From Candidatus Tayloriibacteriota bacterium (GTDB lineage: Bacteria > Patescibacteriota > Minisyncoccia > Phycocordibacterales > UBA6065), in contig JACRJQ010000008.1 in NCBI GenBank assembly GCA_016215405.1, positions 25,866 through 89,865 of the forward strand: DNA of 64,000 bases. The letters run 5' to 3'. Positions 1 to 8,801 of this stretch are shown one piece after another. A model generated the notes under the pieces. That model did not search any database. It was not told the DNA's origin and saw nothing but the letters and a program-made list of their open reading frames with translations. Within the stretch, counting starts at the first letter, position 1. Each line of letters starts with the position of its first letter. Position numbers and translations under genes: made by a program.

Positions 1-1538
1 ACCGGCCTCTCGCGCCTCTCAAGAGGCCTCTGTGGGTCTCTCTGTCCGTCCCTGTGTCCCTCTCTCCGGGCTTCCCCCGTCTGCTCGCGAGACGGGTCGC
101 GCGGGCGGTCTCCGCCGCCCTGAGGCGGTCGCGGCCTCTCAGGCGCTCGCGAAGGCTCGTCACGGCGCGGACGGTCTTCTTGCCTGCGCGGCGCAGGCAA
201 GGATCCTTCGGCGCGCCTCTCGGATTCCGCGGCGGCGCGGTCGAGCTCCTCGCTCGAGGTCTGCTTGCGCACCTGCTCTTCGACGATCGACCGTATCTGG
301 CCGAAATTAGCGCGCGAGCTCTCGACGACCTGCTCTCTGAAAGAGATCGTGGGCTCCGGTATAGGCGGAAGAGTGGTACCCGAGAACGGCTGTGAGCCGA
401 TGCCGTCTATCATGAGGCGCAGATATATCTGGGCGAACCCGAGGTTCACGATGTCTTCGGCGGTGAACTGCGGAGCGAATTCCTTTTCGAGGACCTCCGC
501 GTCGAACGAGCCTACGCGAAAGACGATCATGGTGCCCACGTTTCCGAATACGGCCGCGCGCACCTCCTCCGACATCTGCTCTATATACTGATGGGCTATC
601 GTGAGATTGAGCTTGTACTTCCTGGCCTCTGAAAGGATATCAGCGAAGGACTCGTTGGCGAACGACTGGAACTCGTCGACATAGAGATAGAACTGAGGAA
701 GGCCTCGAAGGACCTTCTCCGAGACGTCTGCGCGCGACATTGCTGCGAGATATATCTTGGTGATGAGCATCGCGCCGAGGAGGTTGGCGTTCGACTCTCC
801 CACGCGCCCTTTGGAGAGGTTCACGATGAGGATCTTCCTCTCGTCCATGAGCTTTCGTATGTCGAACGACGATTTCGGCTGGCCGATGATGTTGCGGATG
901 AGGGGGTTCGACGTGAACTGCCCGATCTTGTTCTGGATCGCAGGGGTCGCCTCGGCCGCGAACCTCTCGGTATATTTCGCGAACTCGTCGACCCAAAAGG
1001 ATTTGACCGCTGGATCGCTCACGTTATCGACCACTCTCTTGCGATAGTTCTTGTCGGAGAGCATCTTATTGACGCCCAAAAGGGTCGCGCCCGGATACTC
1101 GAGGAGGGCGAGAAGCGTGTTCGAGAGGATGTATTCCATTCGCGCCGACCACGCGTCCTCCCAGATCTTCTTGAAAGTCGACATGAGTCCCGAGACGACG
1201 AGATGCCTCTTGTCGTAGCCAACGTCCTCCATCACGTTGAAAGAGATCGGATGCTCGATATCGAACGGGGCGAAATAGAGGACGTCCTTTATGCGGTCCT
1301 CAGGGACGTAGTTGAGGAGGAGTTCAGCGGTCTTGCCGTGAGGGTCGATGAAGCAGAGGCCTTCCCCGCCCTGGATGTCCTGGACTGCCATGTTCTCGAG
1401 GAGGGTCGACTTGCCCATACCCGTCTTACCGATGACGTACATATGGCGCGTCCTATCCTTGGCTTTTATGCCGAATTTTATCCTCTTGTTGCGCGAATCC
1501 GTCTCCGCGAAATATGTGACCTTGTCGTCGCTCGTCAT
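1..1538 (-). CDS. Type IV secretion coupling protein-like / HerA-FtsK ATPase (TraD/VirD4-like), runs off the left window edge
   Basis: Manual translation from ATG 1538: MTSDDKVTYFAETDSRNKRIKFGIKAKDRTRHMYVIGKTGMGKST (Walker A), FIDPHG, YLYVDEFQSF (Walker B), LSEARKY. Absent from the ORF track, presumably because no stop lies in the window. Confidence 0.85.
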   Translation of the reverse strand, partial: MTSDDKVTYFAETDSRNKRIKFGIKAKDRTRHMYVIGKTGMGKSTLLENMAVQDIQGGEGLCFIDPHGKTAELLLNYVPEDRIKDVLYFAPFDIEHPISFNVMEDVGYDKRHLVVSGLMSTFKKIWEDAWSARMEYILSNTLLALLEYPGATLLGVNKMLSDKNYRKRVVDNVSDPAVKSFWVDEFAKYTERFAAEATPAIQNKIGQFTSNPLIRNIIGQPKSSFDIRKLMDERKILIVNLSKGRVGESNANLLGAMLITKIYLAAMSRADVSEKVLRGLPQFYLYVDEFQSFANESFADILSEARKYKLNLTIAHQYIEQMSEEVRAAVFGNVGTMIVFRVGSFDAEVLEKEFAPQFTAEDIVNLGFAQIYLRLMIDGIGSQPFSGTTLPPIPEPTISFREQVVESSRANFGQIRSIVEEQVRKQTSSEELDRAAAESERRAEGSLPAPRRQEDRPRRDEPSRAPERPRPPQGGGDRPRDPSREQTGEARREGHRDGQRDPQRPLERRERP

Positions 1539-1627
1539 TCGCCCAATTATGCCATTTTCCCGCCTAGAGATAAAGAAAAGCGGCACGCCAGGGGTAAGCT
1601 GGCGCGCCGCGCGTATAAAACGTCACG

Positions 1628-1984
1628 CTACTGATTGGCCATCGCCATTCGCGACTCCTGGTGGGCGAGCGCATCGTCCGCGAGGATCTGCATCGTCGCA
1701 ACCCTGCCACGGATTCGGGCGCAGCCCCGCTCGAAGTCTTCCCTCATCCAATCCGGCATTCCGGACATGGGTTTCGGGTCTTCGGCGGGAACCGCGGCCT
1801 CTTCCGAGGTATGGGTTTCTTGGCTGGCGGCCTGTGGTGACTTCATGGTATTTCCAACTGCTGTCGAGTGTGCATGTCGTCTCTCTCCGAAAGGATCGAT
1901 CGGCCTCCGGAGAGAGGTCCCGAAAACGCTCGAGACTCCGATATAGTACTCCTCTCCCGCCCTTTGTCTAGGGTGGGTATCCAC
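1628..1984 (-). CDS. Hypothetical protein (start uncertain, possibly 1847)
   Basis: ORF fills the gap between same-strand genes; no recognisable motif. Confidence 0.35.
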   Translation of the reverse strand: MDTHPRQRAGEEYYIGVSSVFGTSLRRPIDPFGERRHAHSTAVGNTMKSPQAASQETHTSEEAAVPAEDPKPMSGMPDWMREDFERGCARIRGRVATMQILADDALAHQESRMAMANQ

Positions 1985-2051
1985 GAGACGCGATGGAAGG
2001 AAAAACGAAAGCCGTCCTAGGTAAGGACGGCTCGGAAGGGCGCGGCAGGCG

Positions 2052-2426
2052 TCACTTCGCGGGGATGAAAGGCGCGTCGATGCGCGGCCTCTCTGGCATC
2101 CGGCCGAGTCCCGGATAAGGCGACCCTTGAGGCGTCCGTGGACGGGCGAGGAGCTCGCGCTTGCGCGCTTGAGCCTCGCTGTTCCCTTCGACGCATCTCG
2201 TGCAGAGCGTCCGATCGAACTCGTGCTCGCACTTCCATCGCCTGCACTGAGGACACTGGCGCCGAAGGCTCCGGTAATCCTTCTCGATACGGTGAACGAG
2301 CGGGATAAGGAGGATGGGTATCGCCAGAAGGACCGTGCGGTCCCAAAAGTAAGCGAAGGCGATGACAGCGAGGACGAAGAGCACGCAGGAGTGCTTCGTG
2401 AATCGGTTCCAAGGCAGTTTTTTCAT
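2052..2426 (-). CDS. Small membrane protein with Zn-ribbon-like Cys pairs
   Basis: MKKLPWNRF..., two hydrophobic helices, then CPQC...CTRC and a Pro-rich tail. Confidence 0.55.
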   Translation of the reverse strand: MKKLPWNRFTKHSCVLFVLAVIAFAYFWDRTVLLAIPILLIPLVHRIEKDYRSLRRQCPQCRRWKCEHEFDRTLCTRCVEGNSEAQARKRELLARPRTPQGSPYPGLGRMPERPRIDAPFIPAK

Positions 2427-2507
2427 GATGTCGGTCTCCGAACAGTGGGTTGGTAGCAAAAAGAGCTAGACTACTATTATATCATGATTAGAGCCTATCC
2501 GCAATAG

Positions 2508-3758
2508 CTAGATCTGCGGCTCGAGCGCGGCGCGGGTGTATCTATTCCCTGCGTTCCAGAGGAGCCACGAGTCGAGGCCCGCGTCGTACGCCGCGCGTAT
2601 CTGATCGCGAACCATCTCGGCCGTATAGGGTACGGGGTAATTATTATCCTGAAGCCACGGACGGATCTTCTTCGGATCGAATGAGGGCTTGGCGTATATC
2701 GCGGGCGTAGAGGTGCCTATGCGGGCGCCAGGCAGGGCGACCCGGGTCGTCGTAGCGACGGCGCGCGCGACCGCCCTGTCCATAGAATATTTGACCACCT
2801 CGTAGACGTGCGCGTTCGGGTCTCCGAGGCCAAGAAAGCTCTTCGGATAGTGGGACGGATAGACCATGGGCGCTATGTAGTGGAAATTCGGCAGCGCCTT
2901 CTCTAGTATCTGACCGATATTGAGGTCATCCTCGTTCGTCGCGGTCATGCCGAAGAGGTCGGCCGAGATGACCATCTTCGATGAGAGCTTGCCCCAGATA
3001 TATTCATAGAACTCGCGCATGACCTCGCTCTTCTCTTTCGATCCCGCCCATGGATAGGAGATATCCCTCATGTCGCCATCCGACGGGAATCGGATGTAAT
3101 CGAAATTTATCTCGTCGAATCCGATGGCGTAGGATTCTTCGGCGATGAGGACCAGATAGTCCCAATGCTCCTTCGCCCCCGCGTCTATCCACGGGATGCC
3201 CTTGTGGTCCCGCCAGACCGTCGACGTCGCGGACGCCTTCTTTACCGCGAGCTCGGGCCTCGCCTTCACCATGAAGGCGTCCTGGAAGGCGGCCACGCGA
3301 CCGATGACATAGATGCCTCGCGCATGAAGCTCGTCTATGAGGTCTTGCATGTCTCTGACAAAGCAGTCCCCTTTCGCGGCGGGTTTCAGAGCTTCCGACT
3401 CGGGCATAAAGGAGATGAATCCGTCATAGGTCTTTATGTCGACCACGACGGAGTTTAGCTCGGTCTCGTCGATGAGCTTCATGAGGTTGTTGCGCAGAGA
3501 CGGCGTAGACGCTACGCAGGAGGTCATGTAGATGCCGCGCACCGCCGAAGGCGTCGCGACGTGGGTCGCCTTTCGTACGTCTATCGCGGGCTCGGGCGCC
3601 GTAGTAGTCGCGACCTCGATCGCCGAGGCTCCGTGATAGGTGAGGTCGGAGAGTGGAGGCACCCCTATATAGAGGAAGGTAAAGGCAAAAACAAAGAGCG
3701 AGGCGAAGCTCACTCCTATCCTCCACGCCCTTACGCTCTCTTTGGTCCTCGCTCTCAA
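2508..3758 (-). CDS. Putative glycoside hydrolase (DUF4015-like TIM barrel), membrane anchored
   Basis: N-terminal TM; RGIYMT, ELNSVVVDIK, GFDEINFDYIRFPSDG, PMVYPSHY, RPWLQD, WLLWNAGNRY. Confidence 0.8.
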   Translation of the reverse strand: MRARTKESVRAWRIGVSFASLFVFAFTFLYIGVPPLSDLTYHGASAIEVATTTAPEPAIDVRKATHVATPSAVRGIYMTSCVASTPSLRNNLMKLIDETELNSVVVDIKTYDGFISFMPESEALKPAAKGDCFVRDMQDLIDELHARGIYVIGRVAAFQDAFMVKARPELAVKKASATSTVWRDHKGIPWIDAGAKEHWDYLVLIAEESYAIGFDEINFDYIRFPSDGDMRDISYPWAGSKEKSEVMREFYEYIWGKLSSKMVISADLFGMTATNEDDLNIGQILEKALPNFHYIAPMVYPSHYPKSFLGLGDPNAHVYEVVKYSMDRAVARAVATTTRVALPGARIGTSTPAIYAKPSFDPKKIRPWLQDNNYPVPYTAEMVRDQIRAAYDAGLDSWLLWNAGNRYTRAALEPQI

Positions 3759-3770
3759 GAGATTTTCAAA

Positions 3771-3983
3771 TTAAGCCTGTGTTTCCGAGACCGGCGACTT
3801 TTCTACGGGAGCTGGCGCCTCCGCCCTCGCCCTCTGAGGCTCTTTGCCGGAAAGGTAAGAGAACGCCATGACGAGAAGCCCTAAAGCGATATAGAAGACG
3901 TCGTCCCATGCCCTCGGAAAGCCGAGGAACTGAAGGATCAGGACTACGAAGCCGAGCAAGACGAGGATGTTTCTGAATCTCAT
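3771..3983 (-). CDS. Small two-TM membrane protein
   Basis: 70 aa, two hydrophobic segments. Confidence 0.65.
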   Translation of the reverse strand: MRFRNILVLLGFVVLILQFLGFPRAWDDVFYIALGLLVMAFSYLSGKEPQRARAEAPAPVEKSPVSETQA

Positions 3984-4021
3984 AGGGATCTTTAAGCGAT
4001 TATTGCCGCTAGTATAGCGCC

Positions 4022-4723
4022 TTACTCCTCGGGCGAAAAGGGTTTCGCCTCCCTCTCGGCGCTCACGATGACGACGAATTCTCCGCGCAGGGTGCTGGGA
4101 TTGTTCTTAAACGACAGAAGGATCTCTTCCGCTGTGCCCGAAAGATAGGATTCGTACATCTTGGTGAGCTCGCGCAGTATCGTCACGTTCTTGCCCGAAC
4201 CCTTAAGCGACTCGAGCGCCTTCTCTATGCGATGCGGCGACTCGTAGAAGATATACGGCCTCTCGCCCGTCCTAATCTCCTCAAAGAGGGTCTGGCGGCC
4301 CTTCTTGTGCGGCAAGAATCCCAAGAAGACGAATTCGTGGAGGGGCCTGCCTGCGACGGATATCGCTGCGGTCAATGCCGAAGGCCCCGGAACGGCGACT
4401 ACCGGCACGTCGGGAAGGCGCGATCTCACTTCCGAGACGAGAAGCATCCCCGGATCCGATATCCCCGGAGTGCCCGCGTCGGTCACGAGCGCGATATCCT
4501 TGCCCGCTTCGAGAAGCTCGATGACGCGGTCCATCTTCGAAAGAGGGCTCTGGGCGTGAAAGCTCTCGGTCGCCGTCCGTATGTCGTATTTGGAGAAGAG
4601 CACCCGGGACGTACGCGTATCCTCGCAGAACACGACGGAAACCTCTTTAAGCACGCGCAAAGCGCGCAAGGTGACGTCCTCGAGGTTTCCTATCGGCGTA
4701 GCGACTATATAGAGAGTAGCCAT
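4022..4723 (-). CDS. rsmI: 16S rRNA C1402 2'-O-methyltransferase
   Basis: MATLYIVATPIGNLEDVT, CEDTR, DAGTPGISDPG, FYESPHR, RELTKMYE; start taken at ATG 4723. Confidence 0.95.
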   Translation of the reverse strand: MATLYIVATPIGNLEDVTLRALRVLKEVSVVFCEDTRTSRVLFSKYDIRTATESFHAQSPLSKMDRVIELLEAGKDIALVTDAGTPGISDPGMLLVSEVRSRLPDVPVVAVPGPSALTAAISVAGRPLHEFVFLGFLPHKKGRQTLFEEIRTGERPYIFYESPHRIEKALESLKGSGKNVTILRELTKMYESYLSGTAEEILLSFKNNPSTLRGEFVVIVSAEREAKPFSPEE

Positions 4724-4750
4724 AGCGTATGGGGTAAGTATACTATCAAT

Positions 4751-5959
4751 GTGATAGTAAACCTCCAAAAGCCCGTCGTCTACGTCACGCGCGACATCGA
4801 GCGAGCTTTAGGCATGGAGCCTTCAGGGAGCTACTTCGTCATATCGAACGATACGGCATACGGCAGGAAGGTCCGGGAAGCGTATCCTGACAACGTCCTG
4901 CTCGTCCGCGACCGAGGCGAAACCTCGGTAAAAGATACCGAGGTTTCGCCTCGGTATCTCGATACATACGATCTCCTGCTCATGCCCGAGGTGCAGAGGG
5001 AAATCTCAGACCGCGACGCCGACCTCCTCGTATTCCAGAACACCCCCCGCATCGAAAGGCTCGCCAAAGAGAAGGGCTGGAGCCTCCTCAACCCGTCGGC
5101 CATGCTCTCGCGCGAGGTCGAAGAGAAGGTCTCCCAGGTGGCATGGCTCGGCGAGGACGCCTCTCTCCTGCCCCCTCACCGCATCGCGCTCGCAAAGGAC
5201 GCGAGGTTCGAAGGCGCGAAGTTCGTGCTGCAGTGGAACCACTCACATACAGGAGAAGGCACCTATGTCATAGATTCGGCCGAAGCACTCTCTTCTGTAG
5301 CCTCGAGATTCCCGGATCGAGAATGCCGGATAACGAGATTCGTCGAGGGGCCGGTATTCACCGTGAACTCGGTCGTCGCGGAGGCGATCATCGTCGGAAA
5401 CCCGAGCTATCAGATAACCGGCCTCGCGCCCTTCACCGACCTTCCCTTCTCTACCATAGGCAACGACTGGGACCTTCCCCGCGACGAAGAGTACGCGGCG
5501 GTGAGCGAGGAGGTCCGTAAGATGGCGATCCGTGTCGGAGAGAGGCTCCGGCTCTCGGGCTGGTACGGGCTCTTCGGCATCGACGCCGTCTACGACGAGA
5601 AAGCCGGAAAGACATATCTCCTCGAGATAAACGCGCGCCAGCCCGCCTCGACCACGCTCGAATCGAAGCTCCAGAAGAGCGACTCTATATTCGAAGCCCA
5701 CCTCTCTGCGCTCCTCGGCCTTCCGGCTGCGAGCGGTCCGGAGATACGAGGGGCGCAGATCGTAAAGCGCGTCACCCGAGAGGCTTATTCCATAGACGAA
5801 GCCGCCCTCTCGGATAAGGGCCTCTCCCTCATCGGATACGAGAACACCGAGCACAACAAGGAGATCCTGCGCATCCAATCCGAGAGAGGTATAATGAGAG
5901 CCCACAACAAGCTCAACGACCTAGGGATATCCATAGCATCATGCATCCGCAAGATATAG
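4751..5959 (+). CDS. ATP-grasp domain ligase
   Basis: HTGEGT loop, TIGNDW, GLFGIDAV and LLEINARQ (ExN) ATP-grasp motifs. Start set at in-frame GTG 4751; the longer ORF overlaps rsmI antisense. Confidence 0.8.
   Translation: MIVNLQKPVVYVTRDIERALGMEPSGSYFVISNDTAYGRKVREAYPDNVLLVRDRGETSVKDTEVSPRYLDTYDLLLMPEVQREISDRDADLLVFQNTPRIERLAKEKGWSLLNPSAMLSREVEEKVSQVAWLGEDASLLPPHRIALAKDARFEGAKFVLQWNHSHTGEGTYVIDSAEALSSVASRFPDRECRITRFVEGPVFTVNSVVAEAIIVGNPSYQITGLAPFTDLPFSTIGNDWDLPRDEEYAAVSEEVRKMAIRVGERLRLSGWYGLFGIDAVYDEKAGKTYLLEINARQPASTTLESKLQKSDSIFEAHLSALLGLPAASGPEIRGAQIVKRVTREAYSIDEAALSDKGLSLIGYENTEHNKEILRIQSERGIMRAHNKLNDLGISIASCIRKI
4911..4955. repeat. REP-like palindromic doublet lying in frame within the ATP-grasp CDS
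   Basis: ACCGAGGCGAAACCTCGGTA-aaaga-TACCGAGGTTTCGCCTCGGT: perfect 20-bp inverted repeat, 45 bp total; related single unit at 53951-53968. Confidence 0.8.
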
Positions 5960-6744
5960 ATACGGAAAAGACGGGAAGCTCAAAGCTCGAAGGCAAAGCC
6001 CGCGCCGTCGTGGATTCCTACCTCGCCTTGCCTCTCGGCACCAAGCCTTCTTGCCCCTATTTCAACAATCGCAGGCGCAAAGGGCGCGGAGGGCTGCGCG
6101 TCCTCGTCGGGAAAGGCGCGCCGGAGGAGATCGCGGGAGAGGCGGAGATATTCGCGCTCCGGCAAAGGATAAAGCTCAACCTTCTCTCGACCGATAAGCT
6201 CAAAGAGTTCCTCTGCGAAAACGACCTCGGCGTCGATTGCTCCGGTTTCGCCTATCATGCGCTCGATGCGCTCTGTCGGGAAAAGAGAGGAAGGGGCATA
6301 CAGAGCTTCGTGAAGTCGAATAGAACAGGAATCCTCGGAAAGATCCTCGCGAGGCTGCGCCCTGCCGAGAACCTCGGGGTGAGCTCCTTCAGAAACGACA
6401 AGAACGGCTCTGCCGTCAAAGTCAGAGACGCGATGCCCGGAGACCTCATCACCTTTATGGGCACGGGCCGCGACAAGACGTACAACCACATCCTCGTCAT
6501 AACAGGCGTCGATAGGCTCGGCGGCGATACGCGGCTCACCTACGCGCACTCCTACTCGTGGCCTTCGGACGGACTCTACGGCCACGGCGTCCGCGAGGGC
6601 GACATACTCGTCCACGGCGAAGACCTCCTCGGCGGGACATGGAAGGAACAGGGTCAGACCGGAAGCGACAACTATACGTTTACGAGCGCTCGCGACGCGA
6701 AAGAAGTCTCGCTGCGCCGGCTGAATTTCCTTGTTGAGAGATAA
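5941..6744 (+). CDS. NlpC/P60-like cysteine peptidase
   Basis: GVDCSGFAY catalytic Cys motif, PGDLITF, YNHILV (His), YAHS. Confidence 0.7.
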   Translation: MHPQDIDTEKTGSSKLEGKARAVVDSYLALPLGTKPSCPYFNNRRRKGRGGLRVLVGKGAPEEIAGEAEIFALRQRIKLNLLSTDKLKEFLCENDLGVDCSGFAYHALDALCREKRGRGIQSFVKSNRTGILGKILARLRPAENLGVSSFRNDKNGSAVKVRDAMPGDLITFMGTGRDKTYNHILVITGVDRLGGDTRLTYAHSYSWPSDGLYGHGVREGDILVHGEDLLGGTWKEQGQTGSDNYTFTSARDAKEVSLRRLNFLVER

Positions 6745-6784
6745 TCTCGCCGCGCCGTAAGGCGCGGCTTTTTCTTCTCTTGCT

Positions 6785-6892
6785 ACCCCGCCGGATCCGC
6801 ATCCTCCTTTGCGAAGAACTGTCTGAGCCGAGTCCTCGAAGGCGAGTTCGGCAAGAAATAAGGCATGGATCGGCTGAAAGAAAACGTTCGAT
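6785..6892 (+). repeat. Dispersed structured repeat, copy 1 of 3
   Basis: GCCGGATCCGC...GCGAAGAACTGTCTGAGCC...GGCGAGTTCGGCA...GGATCGGCTGAAAGAA, similar to 10716-10806 and 34294-34392. Confidence 0.7.
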
Positions 6893-6958
6893 TCAGAAGC
6901 CTATGAAAATTCATTCTAAACCTTCAAATTTGGCCCTTTCTGGCGTATACTCCACCTC

Positions 6959-8092
6959 ATGACCGACTTCCTCCCCACCCAGATACAAAGCCTCACCTCG
7001 CTCCTCGGCTGGGCCATCACATCGGCGCTTGTAGCCCTTATCTGGGCGCCTTTCCTTATAAAATATCTGCGCCTCTGGGGCATAACCAGGCAGAGCGCGG
7101 GGGACGCCACCATGGGCATGGAATCGCGCCAAGGCAAAGCCGCTACGCCTATCATGGGAGGCCTCCTCATAATACTCACGGTACTCCTCCTCACCTACTT
7201 CTGGAATTGGGAGAGGCGCTACACATGGGTGCCTATCGGCGTCCTGGGCATCTCAGCGCTCCTTGGCGCCGTCGACGACCTCCTCAACGTCTTCGGCTCC
7301 GAGCGCAGGCAGAGGTCTCTTTCCCAGACCTTTACCCTCATCCGCGTCCACAAACTCTGGTACGCGAAGCTCTGGCTCATCGTCACCTTGCCGTGGACGG
7401 TCTTCAAGAGAGCGACGACGATCTTCGGCTCCAAGCAGCGCCGCGGAGTGCTCGTGCACGAGAAGCTCCTTCTCCAATTCGCCGCCGGAGGAATATCGGC
7501 ATGGTGGATCTATTGGAAGCTCGGAGAGAGCTGGCAGAACATCTATGTGCCATGGCACGGCTATCTCGATATAGGGGTCCTCGTCGTGCCCCTTATAATC
7601 CTCATCGTCATGTTCACGGCGAACGCGGTTAACGTGTCCGACGGCATGGACGGCCTCGCCGGCGGCATGCTCATCCCGACTTTCGGCGCCCTCGCCTTCA
7701 TGGCGTGGGTATCCGGCTACAGCGAGCTCGCCGTCCTTAACTCAGTGACCGCCGGCGCTCTCCTCACCTATACCTATTTCAATATAAAGCCGGCCAGATT
7801 CCAGATGGGAGATGTAGGCAGCTTGGGCCTCGGCGGGCTCCTCGCCATAAACGCCCTCGCCACGAACTCGATGATCATCCTCCCTTTCATCGCCTTCATG
7901 TTCTACGCCGAAGCCCTGACGGTCATACTCCAGACGGTCGGACGCCACGTCTTCGGACGCCGCATATTTCGCATGGCTCCCCTCCATCACCATCTCGAGC
8001 TCCGCGGCTGGTCGGAAGAGAAGGTCATCATGCGCATGTGGGTCGTCCATCTTGGTTTCGTCGTCTTGGGCGTCTGGATAGGGCTCCACTAA
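6959..8092 (+). CDS. mraY: Phospho-N-acetylmuramoyl-pentapeptide transferase
   Basis: TPIMGG, GAVDD, NAVNVSDGMDGLA, FQMGDVGS, MAPLHHHLE. Confidence 0.93.
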   Translation: MTDFLPTQIQSLTSLLGWAITSALVALIWAPFLIKYLRLWGITRQSAGDATMGMESRQGKAATPIMGGLLIILTVLLLTYFWNWERRYTWVPIGVLGISALLGAVDDLLNVFGSERRQRSLSQTFTLIRVHKLWYAKLWLIVTLPWTVFKRATTIFGSKQRRGVLVHEKLLLQFAAGGISAWWIYWKLGESWQNIYVPWHGYLDIGVLVVPLIILIVMFTANAVNVSDGMDGLAGGMLIPTFGALAFMAWVSGYSELAVLNSVTAGALLTYTYFNIKPARFQMGDVGSLGLGGLLAINALATNSMIILPFIAFMFYAEALTVILQTVGRHVFGRRIFRMAPLHHHLELRGWSEEKVIMRMWVVHLGFVVLGVWIGLH

Positions 8093-8093
8093 G

Positions 8094-8741
8094 ATGTCGT
8101 ACCTCAACTGGGACACCAAAGTCGTAGCGGATCTATCCCCCGAGAACGTCGCAAAGATGTACGATGAAGGCTACGTGTTCACCAGGGTCGACAAAGGCGT
8201 GATGAACAGGACCCGCTCTTTCCGCGTGAACCTAAAGGCGTATCAGGCGTCCTCAGAGAACCGCCGTGTCCTACGCAAAGCCGAAGACCTCTCGCTTAGA
8301 GTGGAAGCCATCCCCTACCCCCTTTATTCCTGGAAGATAGGCAAGCTCGCCAAGGACTTCTACGAGAAGTTCGGAGACAACGTCTTTACGGCGAACAAGA
8401 TAAAGGAGATATTCACCGACGAAGCGAAGTCGAATTTCAACCGCGCCCTCGTCTATAGTTCGAAGAGATCGGGAGAAGACGTCGGATACGCGGTGTGCCA
8501 CGAGTCGAAGAGCCTCCTGCACTATTCCTACCCCTTCTACGTCGAGGAGCCCTCGCGCGGCATCGGCATGATGACCTTAGCCCTTGAGTGGGCGAAGGCT
8601 AAAGGCCTCGACTACGTCTATCTCGGCTCGCTCTCCCGCCCTTCTGACTCGTATAAGCTCCAATTCCTCGGCGGCGAGTGGTTCGACGGCGCGCATTGGC
8701 AGGTAGACACCGCCCCGCTCAAAGCCATCCTCAAGCCCTAG
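8094..8741 (+). CDS. Aminoacyl-tRNA-dependent transferase-like GNAT protein (ATE1/Bpt C-terminal-like)
   Basis: RSFRVNL..SSENRRVLRK, YSYPFY, GIGMM, YVYLG...SYKLQF resemble the arginyl-tRNA-protein transferase family. Confidence 0.65.
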   Translation: MSYLNWDTKVVADLSPENVAKMYDEGYVFTRVDKGVMNRTRSFRVNLKAYQASSENRRVLRKAEDLSLRVEAIPYPLYSWKIGKLAKDFYEKFGDNVFTANKIKEIFTDEAKSNFNRALVYSSKRSGEDVGYAVCHESKSLLHYSYPFYVEEPSRGIGMMTLALEWAKAKGLDYVYLGSLSRPSDSYKLQFLGGEWFDGAHWQVDTAPLKAILKP

Positions 8742-8801
8742 GGAATCCGTTAGAGCTAAAAACAGTATCATATATGATACTATCGCTAGAAGGATAAAAG
8801 A

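Noticed and set aside
4232-4750. N-terminal extension of the ATP-grasp ORF
   Set aside because: Antisense to rsmI; the protein-like sequence begins near 4751.
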